A stretch of DNA of 63,123 nucleotides, the filler included, from Reticulomyxa filosa (lineage: Eukaryota > Protista > Foraminifera): the NCBI GenBank assembly GCA_000512085.1. It is 18 parts of 18 records of this genome, joined end to end, with 100 filler letters (N's around TTAATTAATTAA, not from the genome) between each part and the next. Parts side by side here need not be neighbours in the genome. Positions count along the whole stretch, not along the records: positions 1 to 7,973 come from ASPP01010257.1; positions 8,074 to 11,670 come from ASPP01013000.1; 16 more parts are not named here. One strand, given 5' to 3'. The translations under genes and the position numbers were made by a program. The notes under the pieces are model-generated. The model saw only the letters and a list, made by a program, of their open reading frames with translations. It did not search any database and was not told the DNA's origin. Numbering within the stretch: position 1 is the stretch's first letter; the number at the start of each line of letters is the position of its first letter. This document shows positions 1 to 11,670 of the stretch, in pieces.

Positions 1-1
1 A

Positions 2-3000
2 TACGATGGCTACTATACCGTTATTCCAAGATATGACTCAATAGACGAGTATGCAGAAAATGGGATATATTTTGATGGACTACAGTTGAGTGCACAAGAA
101 TCAAAGAAGAAACTTTACAAACATATATTATATAATATATAATATATGTTTGTAAACTTGCACACGCAGAACGGATCAACTACGTTATTGGGAAGAGAAG
201 ATTGAGGATGTAACTTGGGAAGGAGTAATGGGTGTGAAGAGTGGCATTTGCCAGAAAGTGAGTGCATTGGAGCAAACCAAGCCGATAGTGACTCATGGTT
301 TAACAACGGTTGGACTTGTGGAATCAATAACTCTAAAATTATATTTGAATTACAGTTATTGGCTATTACATGTGGCTACACCATCTCCAACCAGAGTACC
401 TACTAGCGCTCCGACTCGAAGTCCTTCTCGGTCTCCACATCGGGCTCCAACTGGCTCTCCAAGTAGTGCTCCCCACCGAGCTCCAACTCGGAGTCCTTCA
501 AGAGCCTCCTTCCGCTGCCCCACATCGTGCACCCACACGCTCTCCTAGTGTTGCTCCATATCTTCCACCCACTCGTTCGCCCAGTGCCGCGCCATTCAGA
601 GCGCCAACACACTCACCGTCAGTTGCACCAACACGTCACCCTGCGACTACTTCGCGTTACGTATAGCCTGTTTTTTTTTTTCCCTTATATATACGTATAC
701 ACATATATGTATATGTACATATATGTATACGTATATATAATACATGACATAGCACCAACAAAGAGACCGACAACCGCAAAACCTTCGCGAGCGCCAACAC
801 ATAAGCCATCTAAAGTCCCTAGTCGCCACCCTTCCAATTTTCCGACGCAAAGACCTTCGCGTGAACCAACCAAAACACCAACACGGAAACCAACCAATGC
901 TCCCACAGCCTATCCGTTGCCGAACCCAACAATCTCTCCAACACTCTCGCCCATCCTTCAAATTACTCCAGCTCAGGGTTATGGTAAGTGCGCAAACTAC
1001 TTTGTAATTGTTTTGTTTTGTTTTGTTTTTTTAAAATTTTTTTCTTTCTTTCTCCCAATATTGACTTTACTTTTTTTTTTATTTATTTTTTTTTTTTGTA
1101 GCAAGGAAAATTTTAAAAAAGACTTTTTCAAAATAATGAATAACTTTTTTTGGCCTACGAACTTTCAACAAAAACATATAACAACTCTTTTGATCACGAG
1201 AGTCGAAAGTACTGTTTCAACCAGCATACCGTCCGCTGCACCATCGTCAACTCACACTGTGTCAACTTCTCCAACACGACAACCATTTTTACCCCCAACG
1301 TGGCAGCCATCTTCATCCCCAACACACCACCCATTCGCACTTCCAACAAAATTGCCGTCCTCACTTTTGACACAACGGCCTTCCCCCTTTCCAACAGCAA
1401 CACTAGCGGATACGTCGAATTTTGCAACGTATACACCATCGATGGGTCCAACGATGGCACCGTTAGTACAACTGGTTACAACTTTTGAGCCCACCCAATT
1501 TCCACAACAAAGGCCATCGTCAGTACCCACCATCCTTCCAACAAAACTACCTACCGCGGATCCAATCCAATCACCAACCATCCGTCCCACAGAACTGCCA
1601 ACCGCTTACCCAACAAAATCACCTATCATTTATCCAACAAAATCACCTATCATTTATCCAACAAAGTCACCAACTATTTATCCAACAAAATTACCAATTA
1701 CTTATCCAACAGAATCACCAGCTGCTTACCCAACAAAATCACCATCTATTCACCCAACAAAATCACCAACTATTCACCCAACAAAATCACCAATCACTTA
1801 TCCAACAAAACCACCGACCTTTTATCTGACAAAACCACCAACCATTTATCCGACAAATTTGCCATCCTTTATTCCCACAAATGTTCCGACTAAACAAACT
1901 TTGCAATTTTCGACATCTCCGCCGACACAACTTTTAACTGTCGAACCGACCAAAGTTTCAACTCCAATGAGTTCCAATATGCCGACCCTTTCCCCCTCCG
2001 AGTCCCAAACCTCGGCTAATTTCAACGTATCCACCCCTACCACTTCTAACATTATGCCTACTATCAATACTTCGCCCAACCCAACTCAAAGCCCGACAGC
2101 TCTTCCTTTTCGTGATTTTTTTTGCAGCGAATGATTTGGTAGGTGTGTAATCAATATGTATACGTCTCTCACATCTTTTTCCATTTTTATTTTTTTTAAA
2201 AAATGTTGTTATCCTAAGTTTGACTTCTTTCGACTAAAAAAAAAAATATAATAAAAAATGCAAAAAACGTATAACTAAAAAAAAGTGTGATGGTCCAAGA
2301 CGGTTTCGCCCAACTAAGTGAAAGTATTTCTAAAAAGTGCTCCTGTTGATCTCTTTTGCATTGAAAATTTTCTTGCATGATGCCAATCATAAAACAAATA
2401 AACAAAAATTTTTCTCTTGACCAAAGCAACTTACTCAAAGTGTCAACATGTGTCACTTTGCAACCTCAACAGTCATTCCATAACTCATCACATACACACA
2501 TACACTTACACACGTCACTCATTGCACAACAGACCCTTATTTACAAAGATATTAAAAAAATATATGGATGTTTTTTTTTTGGAATAGCGACACGTGGTGA
2601 GTTGGAAATTAACGGAGTGGCAACATATGATCTGACAATTAGAAATCAAAACACCGTACGTCTTGGACTTGCAAACGCGTTGCAAGTCGAAGTAGATTAT
2701 GTGCGATTAGATTGTGCAGTTGATGTGAATATAACCGCAGATAGTCTGTTGCGATCACTAATTGTCAAGGTCAATATCACCATTTTCAGTCCTAACAAAC
2801 AGGAGCAAAGCTCGGTTTCATCGTTGATGTCATCGACAACAACTTATCATAATTTATTGGTTTATTTAATACATTACATGCCCCAGGTCACCGGAGTGCA
2901 TCTCATCGAAGTAATTCCAACTTGCTCCGCAGGTGAATCACCTTTTGACATTGGGAACGGCTACACTTGCACGAGTGTGTGCAATTACACAGCGGTAAGA

Positions 3001-3745
3001 TCGTATTTGTTTCTTATATCATCACAATAACACATAACTACTTGAATACAACATGCAACATATAGATTTACAACACCATCAGCAAATCTTGCACAAAAGA
3101 GCATGTTTATGGAATGTATAAAGCTCAAATGCCTACAAAAGTTGATTATGCTGTTAAGTCTTAAAAAAAAAAAAAAGATGCCAAATATCTTTCGGCAAAT
3201 GTACCTAAAAATTATTCTTATTTGCACATTTCACACATTGGGGGTGTTTTTTTGTAGCGGCGTTCGATGTTTTTCTTGATTGGCTCGTTAGTTGTTTGGC
3301 CAGTATCGTTGGTAATGTTTGTTTATTGTGTTCGCTGCTGCAAGGCATGGATCGCGTATAATCACAAAACTAAAAGCTCCACCCAAATCAACGTGCAGTC
3401 AGCACCCAATGCGCAAGTTAATAAGAAAAAAAATAAATAAATAAGACGTGAAAAACTTTATTTTAATTGTGTACAGAGGGCTTCAAGTGACAATAGTTTT
3501 GTAGTCAAGAAAGAAGTGTTCCAACAACCGAAAGGTACATTTTCAACACAACGCAGGAGCAGCACATTGGAAAAATCAGACAACGATTAAGCGAAACTCA
3601 GCGTAATGCAAAACGCAGAGCTGAATCCCAGCTGGTTGGTCAGGACAGTGACGCAAGCGAGAAAGGAACTTCCCACTATACGCATTCCAATGGCAGTAGT
3701 CGAGAATTAAGTGAGACAGATAACGAAACTAGTAGCAGTAATTGA
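2..3745 (+). CDS. Multi-exon Pro/Thr/Ser-rich mucin-like cell-surface protein (5' partial; exon boundaries approximate)
   Basis: PTxxP repeat exons (~385-655, ~752-984, ~1200-2130) separated by GT-AG introns. Then a globular exon (~2590-2995) ending in Cys-rich sequence, a hydrophobic segment MFFLIGSLVVWPVSLVMFVYCVRCC (~3267-3340) and a Ser-rich tail ending TGA at 3743-3745. There is a frame switch near 505. Confidence 0.7.
1610..1849 (+). repeat. 24-bp coding tandem repeat, about 10 units (PTKSPxIY)
   Basis: The unit CCAACAAAATCACCTATCATTTAT and variants repeat head to tail. Confidence 0.9.
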
Positions 3746-4219
3746 ACACAGTTCATTCAACAAATTGGAGGAGAATGAAACATTTTGACACAATAAACAA
3801 CAAATCCTTGATAAAAGTCATAATTTGTAGTCACTATCAAAAATTACATTATAAATTTTTCTATTTTTAAATAAGTTATATTTTTATGCTGCACAAATCG
3901 AAGTTTCGCAAGGATAAATTTGCAAAGTATCTCCAAACTGCAGCCAACATTTTTTTTTTTTCCTCCCACAAGTATTATAACAAAATATTTTCTTTTTTTA
4001 ACTGATAAAACAGTTTTTCACAGCTACAAAACTTTTTTTATTGGAGGCAAAAAAAAAAAAAAAAAAAAAAACACAAATTGAAAAACACATGTACCATTAG
4101 CACTTTTTATTGAAAGAAATCTTAAATCTGAAGTAATTGAACTACTTACAAAAAATTGAAGCAAGAAAAAAAAAATCTCGATTTAACACACAGCATATCC
4201 CTGTTTAAAAATTAAACGA

Positions 4220-7200
4220 TCACTCCACTACACAAATTCCAGCGACACAACTTAACATCTTTTCGTTACATGTTCTCGGATCGACATAGTCATTAGCCTC
4301 TCGTTGTATCGACTCTTTCAATTGATCTTTAGCAAAGCGCAAAAACACACTTTCCAAACTTGCAGCGCTGACGGCATAGTTTGCAATTTGAAGTTTATTT
4401 TTGGATTTTTCAATCTTCATGAAAATGGTGGCAAGGTTTTCTTTGCCAGAGCCCACTTGATAGCGAGCACTTCTGCCGTGTCTTTCGAGTAAAATGGCGT
4501 GATCAAACATTTTCTTGAATTTCTTTTGAGCGTAGAAAGTCATATGGAACGCGTTGCTCGTGAGATCTTCTTGAGTGGCTCCAACATTTTTTACTGTATG
4601 TTTGGCCTCGGCATAGGGATCAAAATGGATATCCAACTCATAGCCACTTCCAAATCTCTGTTTCAAATGCGACGACGTGCCAATGCATCCAAGTTGTCCA
4701 TTGACCATGATTCCGATACGATTGCACAAAGCCTCACATTCTTCCATGGAGTGAGTGGTTAATATCACACTGCGACCGCTCATAGTAGCCGAGATAAAGT
4801 CCCACAAAGCTCGTCGTGAGACCGGGTCACAGCCCGCGGTCGGTTCATCTAGTAGCACAATGGGTGGGTTTCCAATCAAAGCAATTCCAACACTTGCTTT
4901 GCGTTGATTGCCTCCACTCAAGCGTCCACAAAGTCGGTTGCGATAATGTCCCAAGCTCAAGTCTTCGATCAATTGGTCCACCATGTGCGGCACCTTATCA
5001 GACGGGACCCCTTTGATCTTTGCATAAAACTCAAAGTTTTCTTTCACAGTCAATCTCGGGAACAAAGCGTCAAACTGTGGACAATAGCCAATGCTTCGAC
5101 GCACAGTGTTTTGGTCGTCAATGCTCTGTCCGTTCAAATAGGCCGTTCCGACGGTGGGCGGGAACACTCCTGTCAGCATTTGCATTGTGGTGGTTTTCCC
5201 AGCTCCGTTCAAGCCCAAGAATCCAAAGATCTCTCCTCGCTTGACGCTATACCATAAATCTTGGACGGCAACAGTAGGCGGTCGTCGAGTGCTTCCTTTG
5301 TACACTTTTCGCAACCCTCGAATTTCGATGATATCTTCTTCGCTCACATTGCCAACCTTGCGTTCGCTCAGCTCAATCGAAGCCGGTGATTTTTTTTCGC
5401 CGAGATCGGCTACTTTGCCCGCCGACGACGTTTCGTCCTTTTCTCGCAATCGGTCTTGTTCATATCGCACATCATCGTCCAATGCATTGTACTCGGTCTC
5501 GTATGAAGCCTTGTAGCTCAAAGACAAATGTCTGTTCAGCCATCGCAAAAACACTGGCGATCGCGTTATATGCTCCAACGCGAGCAGTAGACCAAAGTAC
5601 AAAAAGCCCTCGACGAACATGACAGGTAAATCGACGCCCGTCACATCGCCTTCATTCAGGCCCTTGGTTCGTCCGTAAATCAAGGCCAAGCGTCGAGTGG
5701 CGACTGCTCGATAGGCATCCCCCATGCAAAACGGAGGCAACATATGATAGAATGGCGATGCAACCTTGGCGGCCGTGCGAGCCTTTGGGTCGGTGGAGAT
5801 TTCGCCGGCAAAGGCGGCGCCCATCAACAAGATGGAGCAAAACCAATACACGATGACCAAAAAGGCCTGGGCAAAGCCCGGCGATTTAAACAGCAGACTC
5901 AGCAAGTACGTGACCGGGAGCACGGACCAACAAAAGGTTAGGCCAATGGCAAACGTATATCCCAGAGCTTCTCCGGAAAACAAGGGGTCGTCAAAGAAGA
6001 ATACTATCAAGCAGAGCACAACAATAGGCACAAACGAGGTGGCCAAATCGAACAGATAGTTGCCGAGCCAATATGCGACAATATCCATTCCGCTTACTAA
6101 TTGTTGATGTTTGATCATGGATGCGCGCTCATCTACCAGCAATCCAATGACGGCCGCTGGGATGAAACACAAGGCCACGGCGAAGGCGATGGCATGCTTG
6201 ACGCCGTTGATACCTTCGTCTAATTGATTTTCAACCGCTGTTCCTGTGAACGGGTGCGACGCAGTATAAATGCCGACCGAGCTGTCATTGGCAATGCGTT
6301 TGGCTAGCCAATTACCACCCATGTTCAATCCTGTCGGGAACGAATGGTATGCACTCGCATTGCATCCGACAAATACCAATTGTGTATCGACATACTGATT
6401 CAAATACAGTGACAGATAGCGCGCCGTCACGTTGTCGTATCGCGTTCGCGATAGCAGGTTTTGCCATTGTGGCAATGAAAAGTTACTCCAATATGCTGTG
6501 GTGTTGTATGGCAAATAGGTTTGTCGCAAATAAGGATTGTCATTCCATTCCTCAATGTACTTCAAAGACTCGGGCGTTTGCCAATAGCTCACTCGTGGCG
6601 ATTCATTGTTGTAAGGGTTGTAAGGGATGACCATGCTTTGGCCTGGCTCTACCCAATCTTGTGTGTTAAAGTAATACTCAGGCTGACCAACTGACCATTG
6701 CAAGTCGATGAACAACATGGCGAAGAACATAAACATGCACGGGATGAAGACCTGGAATGCAAACCACTTCCAATCGCGTCTGCTGTTTAGCCATCGTTTC
6801 ATCATGGTTACGTATACGTGGACCCAAAACAGTCGACTGCGACAGCGATTCATGCGTGCCTCCATGTCGATTTGACTTGACAGATAATCTCTCGACGCCA
6901 TTGTTTCCTTTTTAATCAACTCGGCAAAGTCATCTTCCAGCGATTGCAATTTCTCCAAGTTACTGACATCCTTCGATTTCTGTTTTGAAGGAGGAGGAGG
7001 AGGGGGCCTAGGTTTTCTGTTCCCTGCTTTCATCTCTTCTTGTGCGGCCTTGCCCGATTTCAATTGCACTGTCTTCGACTCTTCACTCTTTTGGCTTCGC
7101 AACACGTCCAAGCCTTGTTCCAAATCCAAATCTATCTTCGGACTCTTTTGCGCAGACACTACTGGCGAGCCTAAAGGCGAGTTCATTCCACCTTTGGCAG

Positions 7201-7900
7201 CGGTGGAGAATCGGCTCCATTGGCGAATTGCATTGGGCGAGGTTGCAGACAACTCTTCGCCACTGCCTTTATTTTGGAGCTCTGTGAAACCTACCGACTT
7301 TTCTTCCTTGTCTTCTCCGATAATGGCCTTGGTCGACACCATTCGAAACACTTGCTCCAATGTCGTTGCTGTGATCGAGTACTCGCGCAGCTCCAAACTT
7401 TCCCGGTTTTGTTCCAAATGCTCAAATAGATTGTGAAGCAATGCATTGTTCGAGAAGGAAATACGGAACACCAGTTCGCTTGCCGCAAAGCTGGTGCATT
7501 TGATCGTTTCATCTTTCAACTTTTCTCGCAACACTTGCAAATAAGCGGCAATGCGTCCAAACGAGGCGTGCTGCGTCAATGTGACTGTCAAATGGTAACC
7601 TACGTCAAAGACGCGCTTCAAAAAGAAGGGAGAACCACAACACACCAATGTGCCGTGCTCCATTATTCCAATGCGGTCGCCCAAAATTTCCGCTTCGTCC
7701 ATGTAGTGCGTGGTCAAAACTATGGATCGATCTTTTTTATGTCGCGTTATCAAGTCCCATGTCGTTCTTCGAGCAAACGGGTCCATGCCTGTCGTCGGCT
7801 CATCCAATATCACAAGGCTAGCATTTCCGACTAATGCAATGCATACTCCCAATTTTCTCTTTTGTCCACCGGATAAGTACATTGCGTACGCATCTTTTTT
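4220..7900 (-). CDS. ABC transporter subfamily A (C-terminal ~1225 aa; 5' part lost at contig end)
   Basis: End of NBD1 (LSGGQKRKL, ILDEPTTGMDP, LTTHYMDEAEILGDRI), second TMD with a large exocytoplasmic loop, then NBD2 (GLNGAGKTT, IGYCPQFDAL, LSGGNQRK, LLDEPTAGCDP, LTTHSMEECEALC). AG acceptor at 7901-7902. Confidence 0.96.
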   Translation of the reverse strand, partial: KKDAYAMYLSGGQKRKLGVCIALVGNASLVILDEPTTGMDPFARRTTWDLITRHKKDRSIVLTTHYMDEAEILGDRIGIMEHGTLVCCGSPFFLKRVFDVGYHLTVTLTQHASFGRIAAYLQVLREKLKDETIKCTSFAASELVFRISFSNNALLHNLFEHLEQNRESLELREYSITATTLEQVFRMVSTKAIIGEDKEEKSVGFTELQNKGSGEELSATSPNAIRQWSRFSTAAKGGMNSPLGSPVVSAQKSPKIDLDLEQGLDVLRSQKSEESKTVQLKSGKAAQEEMKAGNRKPRPPPPPPSKQKSKDVSNLEKLQSLEDDFAELIKKETMASRDYLSSQIDMEARMNRCRSRLFWVHVYVTMMKRWLNSRRDWKWFAFQVFIPCMFMFFAMLFIDLQWSVGQPEYYFNTQDWVEPGQSMVIPYNPYNNESPRVSYWQTPESLKYIEEWNDNPYLRQTYLPYNTTAYWSNFSLPQWQNLLSRTRYDNVTARYLSLYLNQYVDTQLVFVGCNASAYHSFPTGLNMGGNWLAKRIANDSSVGIYTASHPFTGTAVENQLDEGINGVKHAIAFAVALCFIPAAVIGLLVDERASMIKHQQLVSGMDIVAYWLGNYLFDLATSFVPIVVLCLIVFFFDDPLFSGEALGYTFAIGLTFCWSVLPVTYLLSLLFKSPGFAQAFLVIVYWFCSILLMGAAFAGEISTDPKARTAAKVASPFYHMLPPFCMGDAYRAVATRRLALIYGRTKGLNEGDVTGVDLPVMFVEGFLYFGLLLALEHITRSPVFLRWLNRHLSLSYKASYETEYNALDDDVRYEQDRLREKDETSSAGKVADLGEKKSPASIELSERKVGNVSEEDIIEIRGLRKVYKGSTRRPPTVAVQDLWYSVKRGEIFGFLGLNGAGKTTTMQMLTGVFPPTVGTAYLNGQSIDDQNTVRRSIGYCPQFDALFPRLTVKENFEFYAKIKGVPSDKVPHMVDQLIEDLSLGHYRNRLCGRLSGGNQRKASVGIALIGNPPIVLLDEPTAGCDPVSRRALWDFISATMSGRSVILTTHSMEECEALCNRIGIMVNGQLGCIGTSSHLKQRFGSGYELDIHFDPYAEAKHTVKNVGATQEDLTSNAFHMTFYAQKKFKKMFDHAILLERHGRSARYQVGSGKENLATIFMKIEKSKNKLQIANYAVSAASLESVFLRFAKDQLKESIQREANDYVDPRTCNEKMLSCVAGICVVE

Positions 7901-7935
7901 CTAATTTATTTCATGTTATTTGGGTCATTAATTTG

Positions 7936-7973
<38 letters not shown>

Positions 7974-8073
7974 NNNNNNNNNNNNNNNNNNNNNNNNNNN
8001 NNNNNNNNNNNNNNNNNTTAATTAATTAANNNNNNNNNNNNNNNNNNNNNNNNNNNNNNNNNNNNNNNNNNNN
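7974..8073. other. Artificial contig-joining spacer (first of 17)
   Basis: 44 N + TTAATTAATTAA (stops in all six frames) + 44 N. Identical spacers lie at 11671-11770, 16845-16944, 20649-20748, 22244-22343, 24375-24474, 27696-27795, 29110-29209, 30859-30958, 38648-38747, 48302-48401, 49917-50016, 51885-51984, 54323-54422, 56106-56205, 57216-57315 and 61277-61376. Confidence 0.98.
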
Positions 8074-8124
8074 ATAAATATCTAAATATATATATATATA
8101 TATTTAGATATTTATTTATTTTAT

Positions 8125-8889
8125 TTATTCATTTGACTTCATTTCATTTCTGTACACTTGTTTGTTATCTCGAGAAAGATGCGCATAAGACTTGGAAGTT
8201 GCGGTGCGGATTCGTTGCATGTCGAGCTCTTCATCCCACAACAGCAATGCATCATCAAGGACACTGTCTTCTACCACTACGATTTGATCGACTGACTCGT
8301 GCAAGTGCAGCGAGTTTATTGTTACTCCGACCTCGCCGATGTGCGAATTGAATTTGTCACTGTACACGACTGCACTTATGTCAATGTTCAAGTGCTCGCG
8401 CTTTTTGTGCATCGTCTCATTCACAAAGGTCTTGTCTTCGTATTTCTTTGACAACACTTTCTTGAAATTTCGCGTGTTGTTGAAATCGCCGCGCTCCTCG
8501 GCTTTTGCGTTCGCTCGCCTTATGTCGTGACTGATCTTCATGTCTGAACGAAGTTTGATGCGTGCTTGTGGGATCGGTTGGAAGATTACATCTTTCGGTG
8601 CTGACCTCGGACAGTAGTCTTGGCAGTTTGTCTGTGACAATTTGTTACATTTTATAAACGTCAAGATTATCCCACCGCCTCCTATTATCAAGCATAGCAC
8701 CAGCACCCACACTATGCAAGGGATTTCGAACGTCGGCTCTTTACGACGCAATACGTGTAACACATTGTCATTCTCGAAATCCTCTGCTGTCGCTGGCGCG
8801 AGTTGGTACTCACCCTTCACTTGGGCAAACGCTCCCACACGACGCTTTCTTAAAAAGGGTTGACTTTCAGATCCACTTCGATGAGACAT
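8125..8889 (-). CDS. Hypothetical single-pass (type II-like) membrane protein
   Basis: Uninterrupted ORF with coding-like GC content and one TM segment (IVWVLVLCLIIGGGGIILTFI) followed by a Cys cluster. No family recognised. Confidence 0.6.
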   Translation of the reverse strand: MSHRSGSESQPFLRKRRVGAFAQVKGEYQLAPATAEDFENDNVLHVLRRKEPTFEIPCIVWVLVLCLIIGGGGIILTFIKCNKLSQTNCQDYCPRSAPKDVIFQPIPQARIKLRSDMKISHDIRRANAKAEERGDFNNTRNFKKVLSKKYEDKTFVNETMHKKREHLNIDISAVVYSDKFNSHIGEVGVTINSLHLHESVDQIVVVEDSVLDDALLLWDEELDMQRIRTATSKSYAHLSRDNKQVYRNEMKSNE

Positions 8890-9501
8890 CAACACTTGTT
8901 TGTTGTTTAATTAGAGGAATGTATTTTATTATTATTTTTTTGTTAAAAGGATAACTTTGAAGGAAAAATATTTTCAACTTTTTTAGTACAGTCATGTACA
9001 CACATATGTGTCATTTTTTTTTTTGACCGTATTTCGAAGGGTACATTTTTGTGTTTTTTTGAAGTTTAAACAACTAAATAAGATTAAATTAAGCTGACAA
9101 GAACCATCCTGTCAGATGATAAAAAAACACCATTTCCCGACAGCAAAAATAAACAAAAGATGCTCTCTCCTTTCCCCTATTTTCTCAGGTTCGTGCTCAT
9201 GACTTTTTTTTTTTTTTTTTTTTTTTCTCTTCCTCCCTCTTTCAACGGAAATCATTTCATCATCGACGAGTGGACCACAAAAAGCCAGCAAAAAGATCTC
9301 ATCCCCATGGATGATACCCACTTTTGGAATGCTTCCTTTGAAGTCGGCCAACAGATCAGGTTGCATGTTACTCGGTTGGTTCATGTTGGAAAAGTGACTA
9401 CTACCTATGAGACTAGCTTCGTTCCTATTCGAAATGGCCATCATCCATCATTGTAGTCACACAACAGATATTTGCCCAAAAGAGGACATATTTTGCGATA
9501 A

Positions 9502-11608
9502 TCAATAGAGTGACAAAAAAAAGCAATTAAACCTGATGGGTAGATATGCATTATGTTTATTGACATGGCTATGATTGTTATTGGTGTGTTGACTTTGATT
9601 TTGCGATTGATAAAAACGAGTCGATGGATATTGTTGATGTTGAGGTAATGAGGTATTGTTATTCGTTGGAACCAAGTTGGAAGGCCGTGTTATCAAAGGT
9701 AAGGGTGACTCTCCCAAACAAGGAAAGTTATTGGTTTTGGAACAGGTATCTCTAGAAAATGCCAAGTTCCAACACTTTGTTTGAATACCGTCAATCATTC
9801 GCACTGACTTTTGGATATTCCCATCAATGTCCATTTTCTTCTCAATCAACTTCCAAATCCTATCCCTTGGTTTTCCAAGTTTGTGTCGAATCCAATCGAT
9901 TGGGACAAATGGCTTGTCGGCCTTCATTTCCAATCGTTGTTCCAACATTTGGTATACACAAATAGACAATGCTATCCAATGTCCAATGTCCAATCCCCCC
10001 CCCCATCCCACCCCAAAGAGTTTATTCCATAGAAAATACAGTTTCTAATGTAATGCTATAAAATAGAAATGCAACTACGATCATGTGTAACACACCTTCG
10101 ACCTCTTTCAGTTCTCTGTGCTTTTGCCATTGCTTCATGCTGCAATAAGTCAACACTACGATCACAAGCGACCCGATGCTGATCTCGATTATGTAGTCCC
10201 AGGTCCACTGCGTGTGCGTGTTCAAGCCCATACAAACAAACTTTTTCCAAGTTGCAAGCAAATACAACAACTACAAACGAACCTCAAGCAATTGGCAAGA
10301 AAGTGGTCTAATTGGAAATCGAGCAGCAAATCGTTTGGTCTGTGTCGTATAGTTGATGATTTGAGGAGAGTTCAGCACATGCGCCTTGAAGTACTCAAAC
10401 GCCTCATTCAATTGATTTGGTTGACTTCTATATCATTACACATTATTACAATAATAATAATAATAATAATAAATATATTTATTATTATTATTATATTATT
10501 ATTATTATTATTATTAATATTATTGACAATCAAGACATACATTTGCACTAAGCGCTTCAACTCTGCTTCGGACATGTCTGATTCTACATCATACCCACAT
10601 ACATGCTTTCCTTTTCGTTCGCCCAAAAACTTTTTCGCCTTCCTCCACATGTGTCAAACACAAAAGCACAATACAATTTGATTATTATAATTACCTCTTT
10701 GGGGGGAAAAAAAAAAAAAAAAATATTGAAAGGCAGGACAAATCCATCCTTTACTTGAGCGTAAATTTCTTGTGCCATTCGAACAATGACTTGATCAACG
10801 ACGCATTCATATTCTTCCAATATGTAGCCCTTTTCGCACAAGGCAATACCATTCACCATTGCAAGGCATGGACGGGACAGGCGACGCAGCGCAAGGGATT
10901 TCCCTCGGCGTCCCTTTGTCCAAAGACAGTGTTTCGATTTGTGTCGCAAAACAGAGTTGAATCCGTGTATTCATCCGCCAAAAATCCTTCGAGCCATTTG
11001 TTCCAGTTTTCAATTGCATAGTTTGGTACGTTGACATTGTACACAACAATGGCCAGCACTACCGTCACGAGCATTACACTTATCGATGGCACCATACATC
11101 GGCCGCACCAACCATTATTTGTCTTGTTTTTTTGCGATTGCGACTTATTTCCTTTTGAAAAGCCGTCAGAAAGCAGTGCTGAGCTGTTCATTGTGCATTG
11201 TATTATATGTTAAGATTTGTTATATGTGTGCATGTATACATATACATATACATATATATGTATACATATATATTCCTCTTTAATTCAAAACTCTTCAAGT
11301 TCCTTGCTATCGGTATTACCAGTTGCAACACCTTTTTCTCGAAGGTATTGTTTGACTTGTTCCGCACAATTTTGTGATGCGAGTAAGTCGTTCATTTGCT
11401 TGTTCTTGGCACCACCAACACCACTGGCGCTGGTAATGTCCACGCCTTCTTGATCTTTGCCACTGTTTTGAACACCTGTCGACTTTGCTTTTGTTTCTCG
11501 CTGTGCATGGTCTTCAAGCGTGGCTGCTTGACCGTTTTCACCAGAGATTCTAGATGCGTTCCGAATCAAGTCTTTGTTCATTTTTATTGTTTGAACAAAT
11601 GTCTGCAT
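9502..11608 (-). CDS. MAN1/Src1 (MSC-domain) inner nuclear membrane protein, multi-exon; ends approximate
   Basis: TM1 (ISVMLVTVVLAIVVY), luminal Cys pattern FCDT...CVACPVHA..[C]VNGIALCEKGY...CVVD...RKGKHVCG...RPLSC, TM2 (IIEISIGSLVIVVLTY), then a winged-helix-like C-terminus (VPIDWIRHKL...RIWKLIEKKMDIDGNIQKSVRMIDGIQTKCW). A 1-nt frameshift lies near 10857. Confidence 0.8.
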
Positions 11609-11637
11609 TTATGATCACTTTCTTTCTTTCTTTATTT

Positions 11638-11670
<33 letters not shown>

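Noticed and set aside
527-1200. Hydrophobic 'TM' and YIYVY segments in the 535-aa ORF
   Set aside because: Read-through of T-rich and (TA)n introns.
4304-7904. Numerous plus-strand ORFs opposite the ABCA gene
   Set aside because: Antisense shadows of a GC-richer coding exon, with no motifs.
8018-8029. Recurrent palindromic TTAATTAATTAA as a biological repeat or CRISPR-like array
   Set aside because: Always centred in exactly 44+44 Ns; a synthetic six-frame-stop linker.
10408-10681. Poly-Asn/Ile/Leu ORFs
   Set aside because: Translations of an intronic (AAT)n/(TTA)n microsatellite.
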